From the NCBI GenBank assembly GCA_963847445.1, contig CAWJZV010000004.1, positions 203,736-267,735 on the forward strand: 64,000 bases of DNA, given 5' to 3'. Source of the DNA: an uncultured delta proteobacterium. GTDB lineage: Bacteria; Desulfobacterota; Binatia; UBA9968. A program made the position numbers and the translations under genes. The notes under the pieces are model-generated. The model did no database searches. It was not told the DNA's origin and saw only the letters and a program-made list of their open reading frames with translations. Positions 19,723 through 28,774 of the stretch are shown piece after piece; the stretch's first letter is position 1; each line of letters begins with the position of its first letter.

Positions 19723-20430
19723 TTGGCAAAGTCGTATTCATTCCAAGGTAATCGTTTGGAACCGTTGAGCCGCACCGAACCAACTCCCGAGTTACAGGAC
19801 ACTGAACCGCGGTGGCCGGCTTTCGTAGCCGTGCTGGCGGCGGGCGGTCTCTATGCCGCATTACCCGAAGTCTTGACCATGGGCCCGCGTTGGCTCTTTC
19901 CATCGGTCGTTTTGGCGCTGCTGATTCCCAACATCGTTTCTCATCATACCGGCAGCCATCGGCTTAACACGCTCATCGGATTCACCGTCGACGCTGTGCT
20001 CACGGCCGGACTCATTATAGCCCTCGGACTCTTAGTCACTGCTCTGCCGACGAAGAAGGTAACGCCCATCGCGCTGCTGCTCGCGGCGGCATCCCTGTGG
20101 GTTACCAATATTCTAGTCTTTGCACTGTGGTATTGGCGGCTGGATGCCGGCGGGCCGCATCAACGGGACAAACGCGCGGTACACAGCGAAGGGGCGTTTC
20201 TCTTTCCGCAAATGACTATGAGCGAAGCTGCGTTGAGACAAACCGGCCAACGGCGCTGGTCGCCGAATTTCGTCGATTACTTGTTCTTGGCTTTCAACAC
20301 CAACACGGCATTTTCGCCCACCGACGTGCCGGTGTTGGCGCGCTGGGCAAAAGTCCTGATGATGGTGCAATCGCTGCTGTCGCTGCTGATCATCGCGCTG
20401 TTAGCCGCGCGCGCCGTGAACATATTGTAA
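19723..20430 (+). CDS. DUF1345-like membrane protein
   Basis: EPRWPA, FALWYWRLDAGGP, FLFPQM, WSPNFVDYLFLAF..NTAFSPTD.P.L.RWAK.LM. Confidence 0.75.
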   Translation: MAKSYSFQGNRLEPLSRTEPTPELQDTEPRWPAFVAVLAAGGLYAALPEVLTMGPRWLFPSVVLALLIPNIVSHHTGSHRLNTLIGFTVDAVLTAGLIIALGLLVTALPTKKVTPIALLLAAASLWVTNILVFALWYWRLDAGGPHQRDKRAVHSEGAFLFPQMTMSEAALRQTGQRRWSPNFVDYLFLAFNTNTAFSPTDVPVLARWAKVLMMVQSLLSLLIIALLAARAVNIL

Positions 20431-20446
20431 GCGCGCGACCGTGGAT

Positions 20447-21181
20447 TCAGCCGATCGGCGCCAGCTCGGTCAATTTCGGCAAAAGTTCGTCGAATCCATG
20501 AATCACGGCCTTGGGCCGCGCCGCCTTGAGGGTTTCCTCGTCGTTATAAGAATGCTTGGTCGATAATGCGATGGGCATCACTTCGAGAAATGTCTCGCCT
20601 ACTTTACAGCCATGGGCGTTATTGGCGGCTTTGATATAGTTCGCCGTGCCGCTAAGTAAGACGATACGTATGTGCGGCACTTTTTGTTTGCGGTAGAGGT
20701 AATAGAATCCCTGCTCCTTGGCATAATAGGTCTGTTCACGGTCGACGATCTCTTCGAAATAATCGCCGATGCCGACCTTCTCCATCGCCTGATGCTTATA
20801 GCGCCGTCCGCCGGTGGTCATCAGCACATTGCGCAGGCCGGCGGCTTTGGTTTCCTTCAAGGACTGCTCAATGCCCGGCTGAAACTCCGGCGGGTTGACA
20901 TCGTAGCCATGCTTGCGCGCGATCTCCAACGCCGCGCGGCGGATTTCCACCCGCTTGGCTTCGTTGAACGGCAGATTGCGGTCGTTGGCATACTCCGCGG
21001 CAAAAATAAGCGGGATCAAAAACAGATCGAACGGGCCGTCGGCGATTTTGCGCAGCTCAGCGAAACTCAGCGGTGGCAAGTTATAGCGCGGCAAGAGTTC
21101 GTTGGCGATCACGTGGACCCGCTGAATATCGGTCTCCACGGTATCTGACATCGTGCGCACGAGAAAAGTTACGCTATCCAT
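20447..21181 (-). CDS. Degenerate HAD-fold protein
   Basis: HAD-like layout (FQPGIEQSLKETK, VLMTTG, GIGDYFEEIV, EETLKAARPKAVI) but the motif I and IV aspartates are not visible. Confidence 0.6.
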   Translation of the reverse strand: MDSVTFLVRTMSDTVETDIQRVHVIANELLPRYNLPPLSFAELRKIADGPFDLFLIPLIFAAEYANDRNLPFNEAKRVEIRRAALEIARKHGYDVNPPEFQPGIEQSLKETKAAGLRNVLMTTGGRRYKHQAMEKVGIGDYFEEIVDREQTYYAKEQGFYYLYRKQKVPHIRIVLLSGTANYIKAANNAHGCKVGETFLEVMPIALSTKHSYNDEETLKAARPKAVIHGFDELLPKLTELAPIG

Positions 21182-21247
21182 CGCTCTGCCCTCCCTGGAA
21201 CGCATACTATTGAAGCCCGCCGGTGGTGGCAAGGGTTCTTTTTATTA

Positions 21248-21328
21248 CAAATTCCAGATTCCATATTTCAAATATCTCGGACTGCTCCGTGATCGAGAGT
21301 ATGTAATTTGGAATCTGGAATTTGGAAT
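21248..21328. repeat. Heptamer-unit palindromic intergenic element (TTCCAGA/TCTGGAA)
   Basis: caaattccagattcca ... tggaatctggaatttggaat. Confidence 0.8.
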
Positions 21329-21330
21329 GG

Positions 21331-21621
21331 CTAGTCGCCAGGAGTAGCCTCGAAAGGCAGCCGATGGCTGCGCTCGGTATTACACGGCTTGCAGCTCGGC
21401 ACAACATTTCCTTTAGTCGACTTGCCGCCGCGCACCACCGGCACGAGATGATCCATGGTCAGCTCCGCCGGCGCGAACTTGCCAGCACAATGGTGGCAAA
21501 CTCCGCTCGCCAGCTTGCGCTTCCACCACTGGCTCTGGCGCAACTCCCGCGCCTTTTGCCGCTCGCGGCGCATCTCCGCCGCGGAAACTTCGACTAGAAA
21601 GGGAGTAGGTTCCATCGCCAA
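21331..21621 (-). CDS. Small HNH endonuclease
   Basis: CHHC, LTMDHLVPVVRGGKSTKGNVVPSCKPCN. Confidence 0.88.
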   Translation of the reverse strand: MAMEPTPFLVEVSAAEMRRERQKARELRQSQWWKRKLASGVCHHCAGKFAPAELTMDHLVPVVRGGKSTKGNVVPSCKPCNTERSHRLPFEATPGD

Positions 21622-21628
21622 GATTTTT

Positions 21629-21817
21629 CTAGCGGTACCACCGCTTGAGATTCTTTAGATAGACGGCGAATCCGCCGGCGACAATCAGATACAACCCGCT
21701 GCGCCACGCGGCCGAGGAGTCGCCGGCGGCGTAGTTGCGGTATTCCCAGCCGCTGAAGAAAATAAAGAAGATCACGGCGCTGGTAATCAATATCTTGTGG
21801 GCAGTGATGAGTTTCAT
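21629..21817 (-). CDS. Small two-TM hypothetical protein
   Basis: [26 protein letters not shown]...[14 protein letters not shown]; co-oriented with the HNH gene. Confidence 0.6.
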   Translation of the reverse strand: MKLITAHKILITSAVIFFIFFSGWEYRNYAAGDSSAAWRSGLYLIVAGGFAVYLKNLKRWYR

Positions 21818-21930
21818 CGTGTCTTTCCAGTCAAGCACAGCCGCACCGGGAAGTTCAAGCGAGCAGGCCAACGATCGTTGCACCGGTTGGGGTTCATGTT
21901 ATAGCTCGTCAAAGTCGCGCGACAAGGAGA

Positions 21931-22317
21931 ATGACAATGATCCGAGAAACCGTCAACACCGACAAAGCGCCCAAGGCCATCGGCCCCTACGCACAAGCGA
22001 TCAAAGCGGGTGAGTTCATTTACACCGCCGGGCAAATTCCCATCGATCCGCAAACCGGCAATCTAATCGCGGGTGGCATCGCCGAACAAACGCGCCAAGT
22101 CTTGGAAAATCTCAAAGCGGTGCTGGAAGCCGCCGGCTCATCCCTCGACAAGGTGGTCAAAGCGACCGTGTTCTTGAAAAACATGGCCGACTTCGCGGCG
22201 CTCAACGAAGTCTACGGCGAATACCTCGGCAAGGCGAAGCCAGCGCGCTCGACGGTCGCCGTCGCCGAGTTGCCGCGCGGCGCGTTGGTGGAGATCGATT
22301 TCGTCGCCATGGTTTGA
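21931..22317 (+). CDS. ridA: RidA/YjgF family enamine deaminase
   Basis: [39 protein letters not shown]. Confidence 0.92.
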   Translation: MTMIRETVNTDKAPKAIGPYAQAIKAGEFIYTAGQIPIDPQTGNLIAGGIAEQTRQVLENLKAVLEAAGSSLDKVVKATVFLKNMADFAALNEVYGEYLGKAKPARSTVAVAELPRGALVEIDFVAMV

Positions 22318-22385
22318 TTGATGACTCTAGGCAGGCTGAACCACCAAAGCCATTCCACGGGCCTTGAAAACCCAAGCGGTCCTGG

Positions 22386-22421
22386 AAAAAAACGGGGAGT
22401 CTAACCAACTCCCCGTTCTTT
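22386..22421. terminator. Putative bidirectional intrinsic terminator
   Basis: AAAAAAACGGGGAGT-CTAACCA-ACTCCCCGTTCTTT between convergent ridA and hicA. Confidence 0.7.
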
Positions 22422-22554
22422 ATTGTGCTGTGCGTTTCATTCCACTCTCGTTCGCGTCATGTGCACCATTCGTTTCACAAAACGTTGGGCGCTTTTGAGA
22501 CCGAGGTGTTCACATGAAAAGTAACGGTGCCGGGTGAGCTCGTAGACCGTGAAA

Positions 22555-22749
22555 CTAAAACTGCTTCCCTAGGCCGGCCTGCTTCATGATGGCGTTGGCC
22601 GTGTGGCGTGAAAGGATCTTATTATCGACGGTGACGTGACGCTTGGTAATGGGGCTGAACCAAATCTCATGGTCGCCCTTGCCAGGTCTTACCCAGTAGC
22701 AACCGTTGGCTTTAAGGATTTTCTTAACGTCGGGGGAAAAGTCGCCCAT
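22555..22749 (-). CDS. hicA: HicA-family toxin
   Basis: 64 aa; VRPGKGDHEIW.SP, SRHTANAIMKQAG. Confidence 0.85.
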   Translation of the reverse strand: MGDFSPDVKKILKANGCYWVRPGKGDHEIWFSPITKRHVTVDNKILSRHTANAIMKQAGLGKQF

Positions 22750-22988
22750 CAGTCCCGAATCGAAATCATCGCCTCGCGGTGGGCGATCAAGTTCATAGGG
22801 ATACTACGAACTTCCGAAGCTGTTCCGCCGCTGGCCTCGAGCAGATCGGGGACCATGACGGCCAGCTTTTGCTGAAGGGATTCAACGGTTTCGGCCTCGG
22901 TTACCAGGCCCGGCAGGTCGTCGCTTGTGGCAACCCATACGTTGGCTTCCGGGTCCCACTCAGCCCTGATTTCAATGCTGGTAATCAC
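22749..22988 (-). CDS. DUF1902 / HicB-like antitoxin
   Basis: IRAEWDPEANVWVATSDDLPGLVTEAET..L; stop overlaps the hicA start; start codon uncertain. Confidence 0.78.
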   Translation of the reverse strand: MITSIEIRAEWDPEANVWVATSDDLPGLVTEAETVESLQQKLAVMVPDLLEASGGTASEVRSIPMNLIAHREAMISIRD

Positions 22989-23094
22989 ATCAAAAAGCCT
23001 ATTCGATCGGGTCAAACGTGTCAACTGATCGTATTGAATCAACTAAAATGCAACTTTGGGAGGGGATGTTGACTCATAACGAATGTAACCCAGC

Positions 23095-23470
23095 GCGTCG
23101 AGCCGTAAGAGCCGACGCCGATGGTTTTGCCTTTCACTTCCTTAACGGCCTTGATATTCGCTCGGCTCACCAACGACAGCGGCGTGCGGTCGAGGGAGCA
23201 GGCGATCATCTGGACCCGCGCGCCTTTCAAGTTGGCGATGATTGTCGAGCCGATCAAGGTTGAATAGTCGACATCGGCGCTCACCAGCGCCATGGTGGCG
23301 ACATTGGAATTCATGCGGATGATTTCCGCATCGATCCCCTCTTGTTTAAGAAGCCGCGGGTCTGGGCGACGCCGACGGTGAGATTGGAAATATTGTAATT
23401 GGACACGCCGATCCGGACTTTGTCGGCAGCGTCAAGATCAGCCGCGAATATCATGGCGCACAGTATTAAA
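23095..23470 (-). pseudogene. 5' remnant of an SsuA/NMT1-like substrate-binding protein gene
   Basis: AADKVRIGVSNYNISNLTVGVAQTRGF/EGIDAEIIRMNSNVATMALVSADVDY...VKGKTIGVGSYGST, then homology stops abruptly upstream of the TA pair. Confidence 0.7.
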
Positions 23471-23540
23471 AAAAATTCCTCAGCCGCATCGAAAGCCTCC
23501 GCTGGGGTAGCGATACAATTTGATTTCAACGCATTGTCAG

Positions 23541-23602
23541 TGTAGGGGCGGACCCCCGTGTCTGCCCTCTGGGACGGGCGACCACAGGGGGTCGCCCCTA
23601 CA
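23541..23602. repeat. GTAG-family REP doublet (REPIN-like)
   Basis: TGTAGGGGCGGACCCCCGTGTCTGCCC ... GGGCGACCACAGGGGGTCGCCCCTACA. Confidence 0.85.
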
Positions 23603-23713
23603 TTGGTGTTGCTTGACAGCCGCGGCACCAGCCGATATTTGAGCTTAGCATTGATGAGGTTTTGCACGCCTATGGTTGTCGAAAGCAAAGCCCCATTTGG
23701 CTAGAGTGACTTC

Positions 23714-25132
23714 ATGGCCTACAACGATCTGCAAGAATATTTGACGCGCTTGGAAGCAGCCGGCAAGCTCCACTGGGTCGAGCAGCGCGTCGACCCATCC
23801 TGGGAAGTGTCGGCGATCACGCGCCACAGCTTCGACCGCTACGGCTGGAACGATCGACCGGCGCTGGGCTTTCGCCAAGTCGGCGTCAGCGAATTTCCCC
23901 TGGTGATCGGCGTGATCGGCGGCTCGCCGGAAATCTATGCGCTGGCGCTGTCGACGACTATAGACAAAATTCCCGAAGTCTGGGAACGCGGACAGCGTCA
24001 TCCGATCGATCCGGTGATCGCGCCAACTGGACTGTGCAAGGAAATCATTCTGCCCAGCTCAGGGATTGACCTCGGCAGCCTGCCCCAGGTGGTCTGGACG
24101 CCGAACCAGGATCCCGGACCGTATATCACCGCGCCGGTGATCATCACCAAAGATGCCGAGACCGGCAGGCGCAACGTCGGCACCTACCGGCTGCAGTTGA
24201 AAGGCGCCAACCGGCTCGGCTTGTACGTCGGCGGCGCGCAGCACGCCGCGCGACATATTCGCCAGTACGAAGCGCTCAAAAAGGACATGCCGATCGCCAT
24301 CGCCATCGGCATGGACCCGACCATCGTGCTCACCTCCATCAGCAAATTTCCCTACGGCACCGATGAGTTTTCCGTTGCCGGCGGCCTGCGCGGCGAGCCG
24401 GTGCCGCTGGTGCAGTGCGAAACCGTCGATCTCCAAGTGCCGGCCAATGCCGAGATCGTGCTCGAAGGCGTGCTGCGCGCCGGCTATCGCGAACCGGAAG
24501 GCCCCTTCGGTGAATTCTCCGGTTACATGAGTCCCGGCGGTCAACAGCCGGTGATCGACATCACCTGCATCACCCGAAGACGCACGCCGGTTTATCATTC
24601 GTTTCTAAGTCAAATGCCGCCCAGCGAATCGAGCTGCATCCGCAGCCTGAGCCGTTCCGCTGGATTATTTCACCACCTGCGCAACGTGCTCGGCCTGCCG
24701 GTGCAAGACGTCCACTTCACCGAAGCCGGCGGCGCCAGCGGCATGCTGGTGATCTCGATGAAAAAGGAATATCCCGAACAGGTCAAAGAAGTCGCCTGGG
24801 GCGCCTGGTCGCTAATGAACAAGGAAGGCAAATTCACCGTGGTGGTCGACGATGACATCGACGTGCGCAATCCATTTCAAGTCGAATGGGCCATGGGTTT
24901 TCGCGCCCAACCGGCGCGCGATAGTTTCATAGTCGACGGTGTGGTCACCTCCGGGGTCGATCCGTCCACCGCCGCAGCGGACATTCCGCAACATGACCCG
25001 CGCCGGCGCGCCGGCAGCAAAATCCTCATCGACGCCACCCGCAAACACCCCTACCCGCCCGCCGCCCGGGTGCCGAAAGAATTCATCGACAAAGCGAAAC
25101 AGAAATGGTCCGAGTATGGCTTCAGCAAATAA
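23714..25132 (+). CDS. UbiD-family (prFMN-dependent) decarboxylase
   Basis: RNVGTYRLQ, VPANAEIVLEG, EGPFGEFSGY, VVVDDDIDV, KILIDAT. Confidence 0.92.
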   Translation: MAYNDLQEYLTRLEAAGKLHWVEQRVDPSWEVSAITRHSFDRYGWNDRPALGFRQVGVSEFPLVIGVIGGSPEIYALALSTTIDKIPEVWERGQRHPIDPVIAPTGLCKEIILPSSGIDLGSLPQVVWTPNQDPGPYITAPVIITKDAETGRRNVGTYRLQLKGANRLGLYVGGAQHAARHIRQYEALKKDMPIAIAIGMDPTIVLTSISKFPYGTDEFSVAGGLRGEPVPLVQCETVDLQVPANAEIVLEGVLRAGYREPEGPFGEFSGYMSPGGQQPVIDITCITRRRTPVYHSFLSQMPPSESSCIRSLSRSAGLFHHLRNVLGLPVQDVHFTEAGGASGMLVISMKKEYPEQVKEVAWGAWSLMNKEGKFTVVVDDDIDVRNPFQVEWAMGFRAQPARDSFIVDGVVTSGVDPSTAAADIPQHDPRRRAGSKILIDATRKHPYPPAARVPKEFIDKAKQKWSEYGFSK

Positions 25133-25230
25133 AAGTAAGATTCTCTTCACCACGAAGTGTCCATGAGCTTACACTCGCCTACAGAGCATGAAAATGGTTG
25201 GCATTCCCAGAACATGATCCCCCTCAATTC

Positions 25231-25306
25231 GTCATACCCGCGCACGCGGGTATCCAGGCTAATTTGGCGCAGAACAAACCTGGATTCCCGCGTGCGCGGG
25301 AATGAC
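25231..25306. repeat. GTCAT...ATGAC palindromic REP-like element
   Basis: gtcatacccgcgcacgcgggtatccag ... ctggattcccgcgtgcgcgggaatgac. Confidence 0.85.
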
Positions 25307-25345
25307 GGAGCCCCGCAGGCTCTTTGTTGTGCATATCAGGATTGA

Positions 25346-25456
25346 CTCTCGCCAAGGCGCAAAGCTCGCCAAGTTCGGAGGGAAGAGATGAATTAACTTG
25401 AAGAATTTATTCACCGTTATTTTCCGACCTTTGCGGCCTTGGCGTCTTCGCGAGAG
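25346..25456. repeat. CGCAAAG/CTTTGCG palindromic element
   Basis: ctctcgccaaggcgcaaagctcgccaagttcggag ... tccgacctttgcggccttggcgtcttcgcgagag. Confidence 0.78.
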
Positions 25457-25578
25457 ATATTCCGAGATTCGGTTACGGCTGTGCCGTGGGACCAACGCAA
25501 ACTGAACGTGGCAACATCTCCACACACAGGCATGAAGGAGCCACAATCAATCCGCTTAGAAACATTGGAGGAAAGAAA

Positions 25579-26031
25579 ATGAAACTGACTCTCGATAAAG
25601 CCAACGTCATCGCCGATCAGACCCTAGCGAAGGCGCGCGATGCGAAATACCGTCCCATGTGCGTCGCCGTCCTGGACGAAGGCGGCTGCTTGAAAGTGCT
25701 CAAGCGCGAAGACGCCGCCAGCATCCTGCGCCCCGACATCGCCATCGGCAAAGCCTGGGGCGCCGTCGGCATGGGCGAATCGAGCCGCTCCCTGGCGAGA
25801 GATAGCCGCTCCCTGAGCGAGCGGCTCAAGGAACGGCCGGCCTTTCTCGGCGCCTTGTCGGTGATGTCCCAAGGCAAAGTCGTGCCGGTGGCCGGCGGCG
25901 TGCTGATCATGGACGGCGCTGACGGCAACGAAATAATCGGCGCGGTCGGCGTCAGCGGCGGCACTGCCGACGAGGACGAAGCCTGCGCCATCGCGGGCAT
26001 CAAGGCCGCAGGCTTTGTCGCCAAATCCTAG
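25579..26031 (+). CDS. GlcG/HbpS-family heme-binding protein
   Basis: VAVLDEGG, IAIGKAWGA, GGVLI, IGAVGVSGGTADEDEACA. Confidence 0.88.
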   Translation: MKLTLDKANVIADQTLAKARDAKYRPMCVAVLDEGGCLKVLKREDAASILRPDIAIGKAWGAVGMGESSRSLARDSRSLSERLKERPAFLGALSVMSQGKVVPVAGGVLIMDGADGNEIIGAVGVSGGTADEDEACAIAGIKAAGFVAKS

Positions 26032-26055
26032 CGCGGCACAGTGTCAACCGGAACT

Positions 26056-26189
26056 CGGAATTTCTCCCGCAAAGGCGCAAAGGCCGCAAAGGTCGGAGAA
26101 TGAGGGTGAAGAACATTCGAGTAGGAGTGATTTTTCTCCGGCGAACTTGGCGGTGCGCTCGACTGCGGACATCTGCGCGAGACATTTCC
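26056..26189. repeat. CGCAAAG-family palindromic element
   Basis: cggaatttctcccgcaaaggcgcaaaggccgcaaaggtcggag ... ctccggcgaacttggcgg...tgcgcgagacatttcc. Confidence 0.72.
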
Positions 26190-26395
26190 CAATCCGAGAC
26201 TCTGTAATCTCCGGGGCATTTGCAAAAACCGGCATCGAAGGCGAAGCGGTTAAACAACGCCACCTCGCACGCACGGGGAAATTGGGCCGGTCGCCCAATG
26301 AAATCGGCTGGCGGATTCGTTCCGAACGGCGCACCTCTCCCGCCGCAACGCTCGGTGCCAAGATTGCGCCGACAAACTTAAGCAGCGGCTGCCGC

Positions 26396-26881
26396 CTACG
26401 CCGCGAACTTGCTGCGATCGCCAACCAACCGTGCCACCTGCGGCTGTACCAACCGTGCGAAGTCTGTGTATTTTAATCGCACGGTCTGGACATGATTGCC
26501 GGCGTTAAAATAAATATACTCGTCCTTGGTCAAAGCCGGATCGACATACACTTTCAGGCCAAACAGATTACCGAACGGCGGCATCGCGCCGATCTCGCAT
26601 TCGGGGAAACGTGCGATGAACTCGTCTTCAGTCGCCAACCTGGCGTTCCGTGCGGCGAGGCTATCCTCGACGATGTGTAGGTTGACCTTGTCGTTGCCTC
26701 GAACCACCGCCATCACCAGCTGCTCATCGGCTTCGATCATGACGACCTTGGCCAGCTCATTGCCTGAGACATGTTGCCGAGCGGCAACCTCCTGGGCCGT
26801 GTACGCCAGCGCATGCGTGTAAACCTCATAGGGGATCTTCGCCTCATCGAGTTTCTCTTTGAGTCTTTTTAGAATGGGCAT
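26396..26881 (-). CDS. YbaK/EbsC-family aminoacyl-tRNA deacylase-like protein
   Basis: HALAYTAQEVA, LAKVVM, RLATEDE, FPECEIGAMPPFG, FNAGNH. Confidence 0.88.
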   Translation of the reverse strand: MPILKRLKEKLDEAKIPYEVYTHALAYTAQEVAARQHVSGNELAKVVMIEADEQLVMAVVRGNDKVNLHIVEDSLAARNARLATEDEFIARFPECEIGAMPPFGNLFGLKVYVDPALTKDEYIYFNAGNHVQTVRLKYTDFARLVQPQVARLVGDRSKFAA

Positions 26882-26941
26882 GACCGGCTCCTTTCTCAAA
26901 CACATTTTGTCATCGATGTTACAGACGCAATTCAAACATGC

Positions 26942-26956
26942 GCAAGAATCATGCCC
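26942..26956 (-). promoter_or_regulatory. Sigma-54 -24/-12 promoter for the ybaK-like gene
   Basis: GGGCAT-GATTC-TTGC on the minus strand. Confidence 0.65.
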
Positions 26957-27164
26957 GCTAGTGACAATTTTCTCAGCGAATGACTACTTGAAATCATATA
27001 GAATCGAGCTCACTTTGGGCGCTACGGGGGCGTCGAGGTTTATCACGACTGACAAGCACGCAGCGACAAATTCGCAGCACTGAGAAGGGCGCGCCAGGAC
27101 CGTCGACGGGTCAAGAAATTCTCCAGATAAATCAATTCATTTATAGGCGCTAAAAAAAACCCAG

Positions 27165-27179
27165 TGGCATATCTCTTGC
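27165..27179 (+). promoter_or_regulatory. Sigma-54 -24/-12 promoter for hpf-usp
   Basis: TGGCAT-ATCTC-TTGC. Confidence 0.75.
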
Positions 27180-27242
27180 CGTTTTTTGATTCAGGGTTAA
27201 CAATAGATTGCGTGTAGGAACAACAACCGGAGGAAAAGAAAT

Positions 27243-27866
27243 ATGAAAATTCCCTTGCAGATCACCTTTCGTGACATGGCACCGTCGCCAGCCATCGAAG
27301 ATAATATCCGCGAGAAAGCAGCCAAGCTCGACGAGCTGCATGACGGGATCATGGGCTGCCGGGTGACCGTCGAAGCGCCCCATCGCCATCACCACAAAGG
27401 CAAAGCTTACGTGGTGCGGATCGATTTAACCGTTCCCGGCGGCGAACTGGTTATTAATCGAGAACCAAAACGTATAGTGCCGAAAAAAGCCAAGGCCGGC
27501 GACGAACCGGATAATGACTTCGCCGAATCACATGAACCGAGCAAACACGCGGCCCACGAAGACATCTATGTCGCCATCCGCGACGCCTTCAACGCTGCTG
27601 GCCGAAAGCTTCAGGATCATGCGCGGCGCCGGCGCGGCAAGGTAAAAGTCCATGAACCGCAGCCGGTCGCTCGGATCGCCAGCCTGTTGCCGATGGAAGA
27701 TCATGGATTTCTCCTAACGCCCGACGGACGCGAAGTGTATTTTCACAGGAACAGTGTGCTCGCGCCGGGATTCGATCGTCTAGAAATTGGCCACGAAGTT
27801 TATTTTGCCGAGGAACTCGGCGACAAAGGGCCGCAGGCTAGCACCGTGCGGTTGGCGGGTAGATGA
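27243..27866 (+). CDS. HPF/RaiA ribosome-hibernation protein with a C-terminal cold-shock domain
   Basis: PLQITFRDMAPSPAIE, CRVTVEAPHRHHHKG, EDIYVAIRDAF; HGFLLTPDGREVYFHRNSV, GDKGPQAS. Confidence 0.9.
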   Translation: MKIPLQITFRDMAPSPAIEDNIREKAAKLDELHDGIMGCRVTVEAPHRHHHKGKAYVVRIDLTVPGGELVINREPKRIVPKKAKAGDEPDNDFAESHEPSKHAAHEDIYVAIRDAFNAAGRKLQDHARRRRGKVKVHEPQPVARIASLLPMEDHGFLLTPDGREVYFHRNSVLAPGFDRLEIGHEVYFAEELGDKGPQASTVRLAGR

Positions 27867-27889
27867 TTCCATAACGGCTGGAGTTATTC

Positions 27890-28744
27890 ATGTTCGAAGA
27901 AGTCATCGTCTGCCTCGACGGCTCATCCCTGGCGGAAACCATTCTGCCCCTGGCGCGCGCCGTGACCGCACCAACCGGCGGCAAGCTAACCCTCCTGCGA
28001 GTCGTCGGCGATGAAGCTGAGCTCGCCGCCGAGGAATCTTATTTGCGCGACTGCGCGCGCCAGTACGCCGCGCGAGCTGAGCTTCGCCATCTCGGCGGAC
28101 CCGGCCGGCGCCATTGCCACTGAGCTGAAAAATAATCCCCATGCAATCGCGGCAATCACCACACATGGCCGGACCGCCTGGGCCGAAGCGATTTTAGGTG
28201 GCGTGGCGTTCCAGGTGATTCGCGCAATCCCACCGGCCGGTGCTGGTCTACCGTCCGATAGACAAAGACTGGCGATGCACCGAAGCAGATCGACACCGTC
28301 GTTATCGCCCTCGATGGCAACGCCCTCTCGGAAAAGATCATCACCTACGCCGTCCCAGCGGCTCGGTCGTTGACAGCGAGGCTGCTTTTAGTTCAAGTTC
28401 TGCCGGTGCAGTCACCGGCAGCGCTGCTGCCGGACCAGGGGAAAAACGACATCAGCGAGTCGGCGTATGTTCATAGCAAAGCAGCGGAGATCAAAAAACA
28501 GTATGGCTTGGACGCTCAGTGGGACGTGCTCCATGGCGATCCGGCAGAGGCGATCTGCCGCTACGTCAGGGGCACGCCCAATACGTTGCTGGCGATGACC
28601 ACCCACGCACTCCCTGGCATCGAGCGCGCCATCCTCGGCAGCGTCGCCGCCGCTTGCGTGCGCCGCGCCGCCACTCCCCTGCTGCTCTACTGGCCGAACG
28701 ACGATAGAGAATTGGATGACCGCGAGATCAGAGACTTGAGATAG
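27890..28744 (+). CDS. Tandem-domain universal stress protein (frameshifted)
   Basis: VCLDGSSLAETILP, TTHGRT..ILGGVA; IALDG..LSE, HGDPAEAI, AMTTH..ILGSVA. Confidence 0.85.
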
Positions 28745-28774
28745 CGTTAGGTCGCTCATCTCTGTCTCTGTCTC
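28724..28774. terminator. GAGAC/GTCTC hairpin between the convergent usp and pntB ends
   Basis: gagatcagagacttgagatagcg-ttaggt-cgctcatctctgtctctgtctc. Confidence 0.5.

Noticed and set aside
21331-21621. HNH nuclease as a defence or mobile element
   Set aside because: Small stand-alone HNH in a housekeeping-like context with no methylase, integrase or other defence genes nearby.
25783-25820. 21-nt tandem duplication in the GlcG-like gene (SRSLARD-SRSLSER)
   Set aside because: In-frame micro-duplication with no evidence of function.
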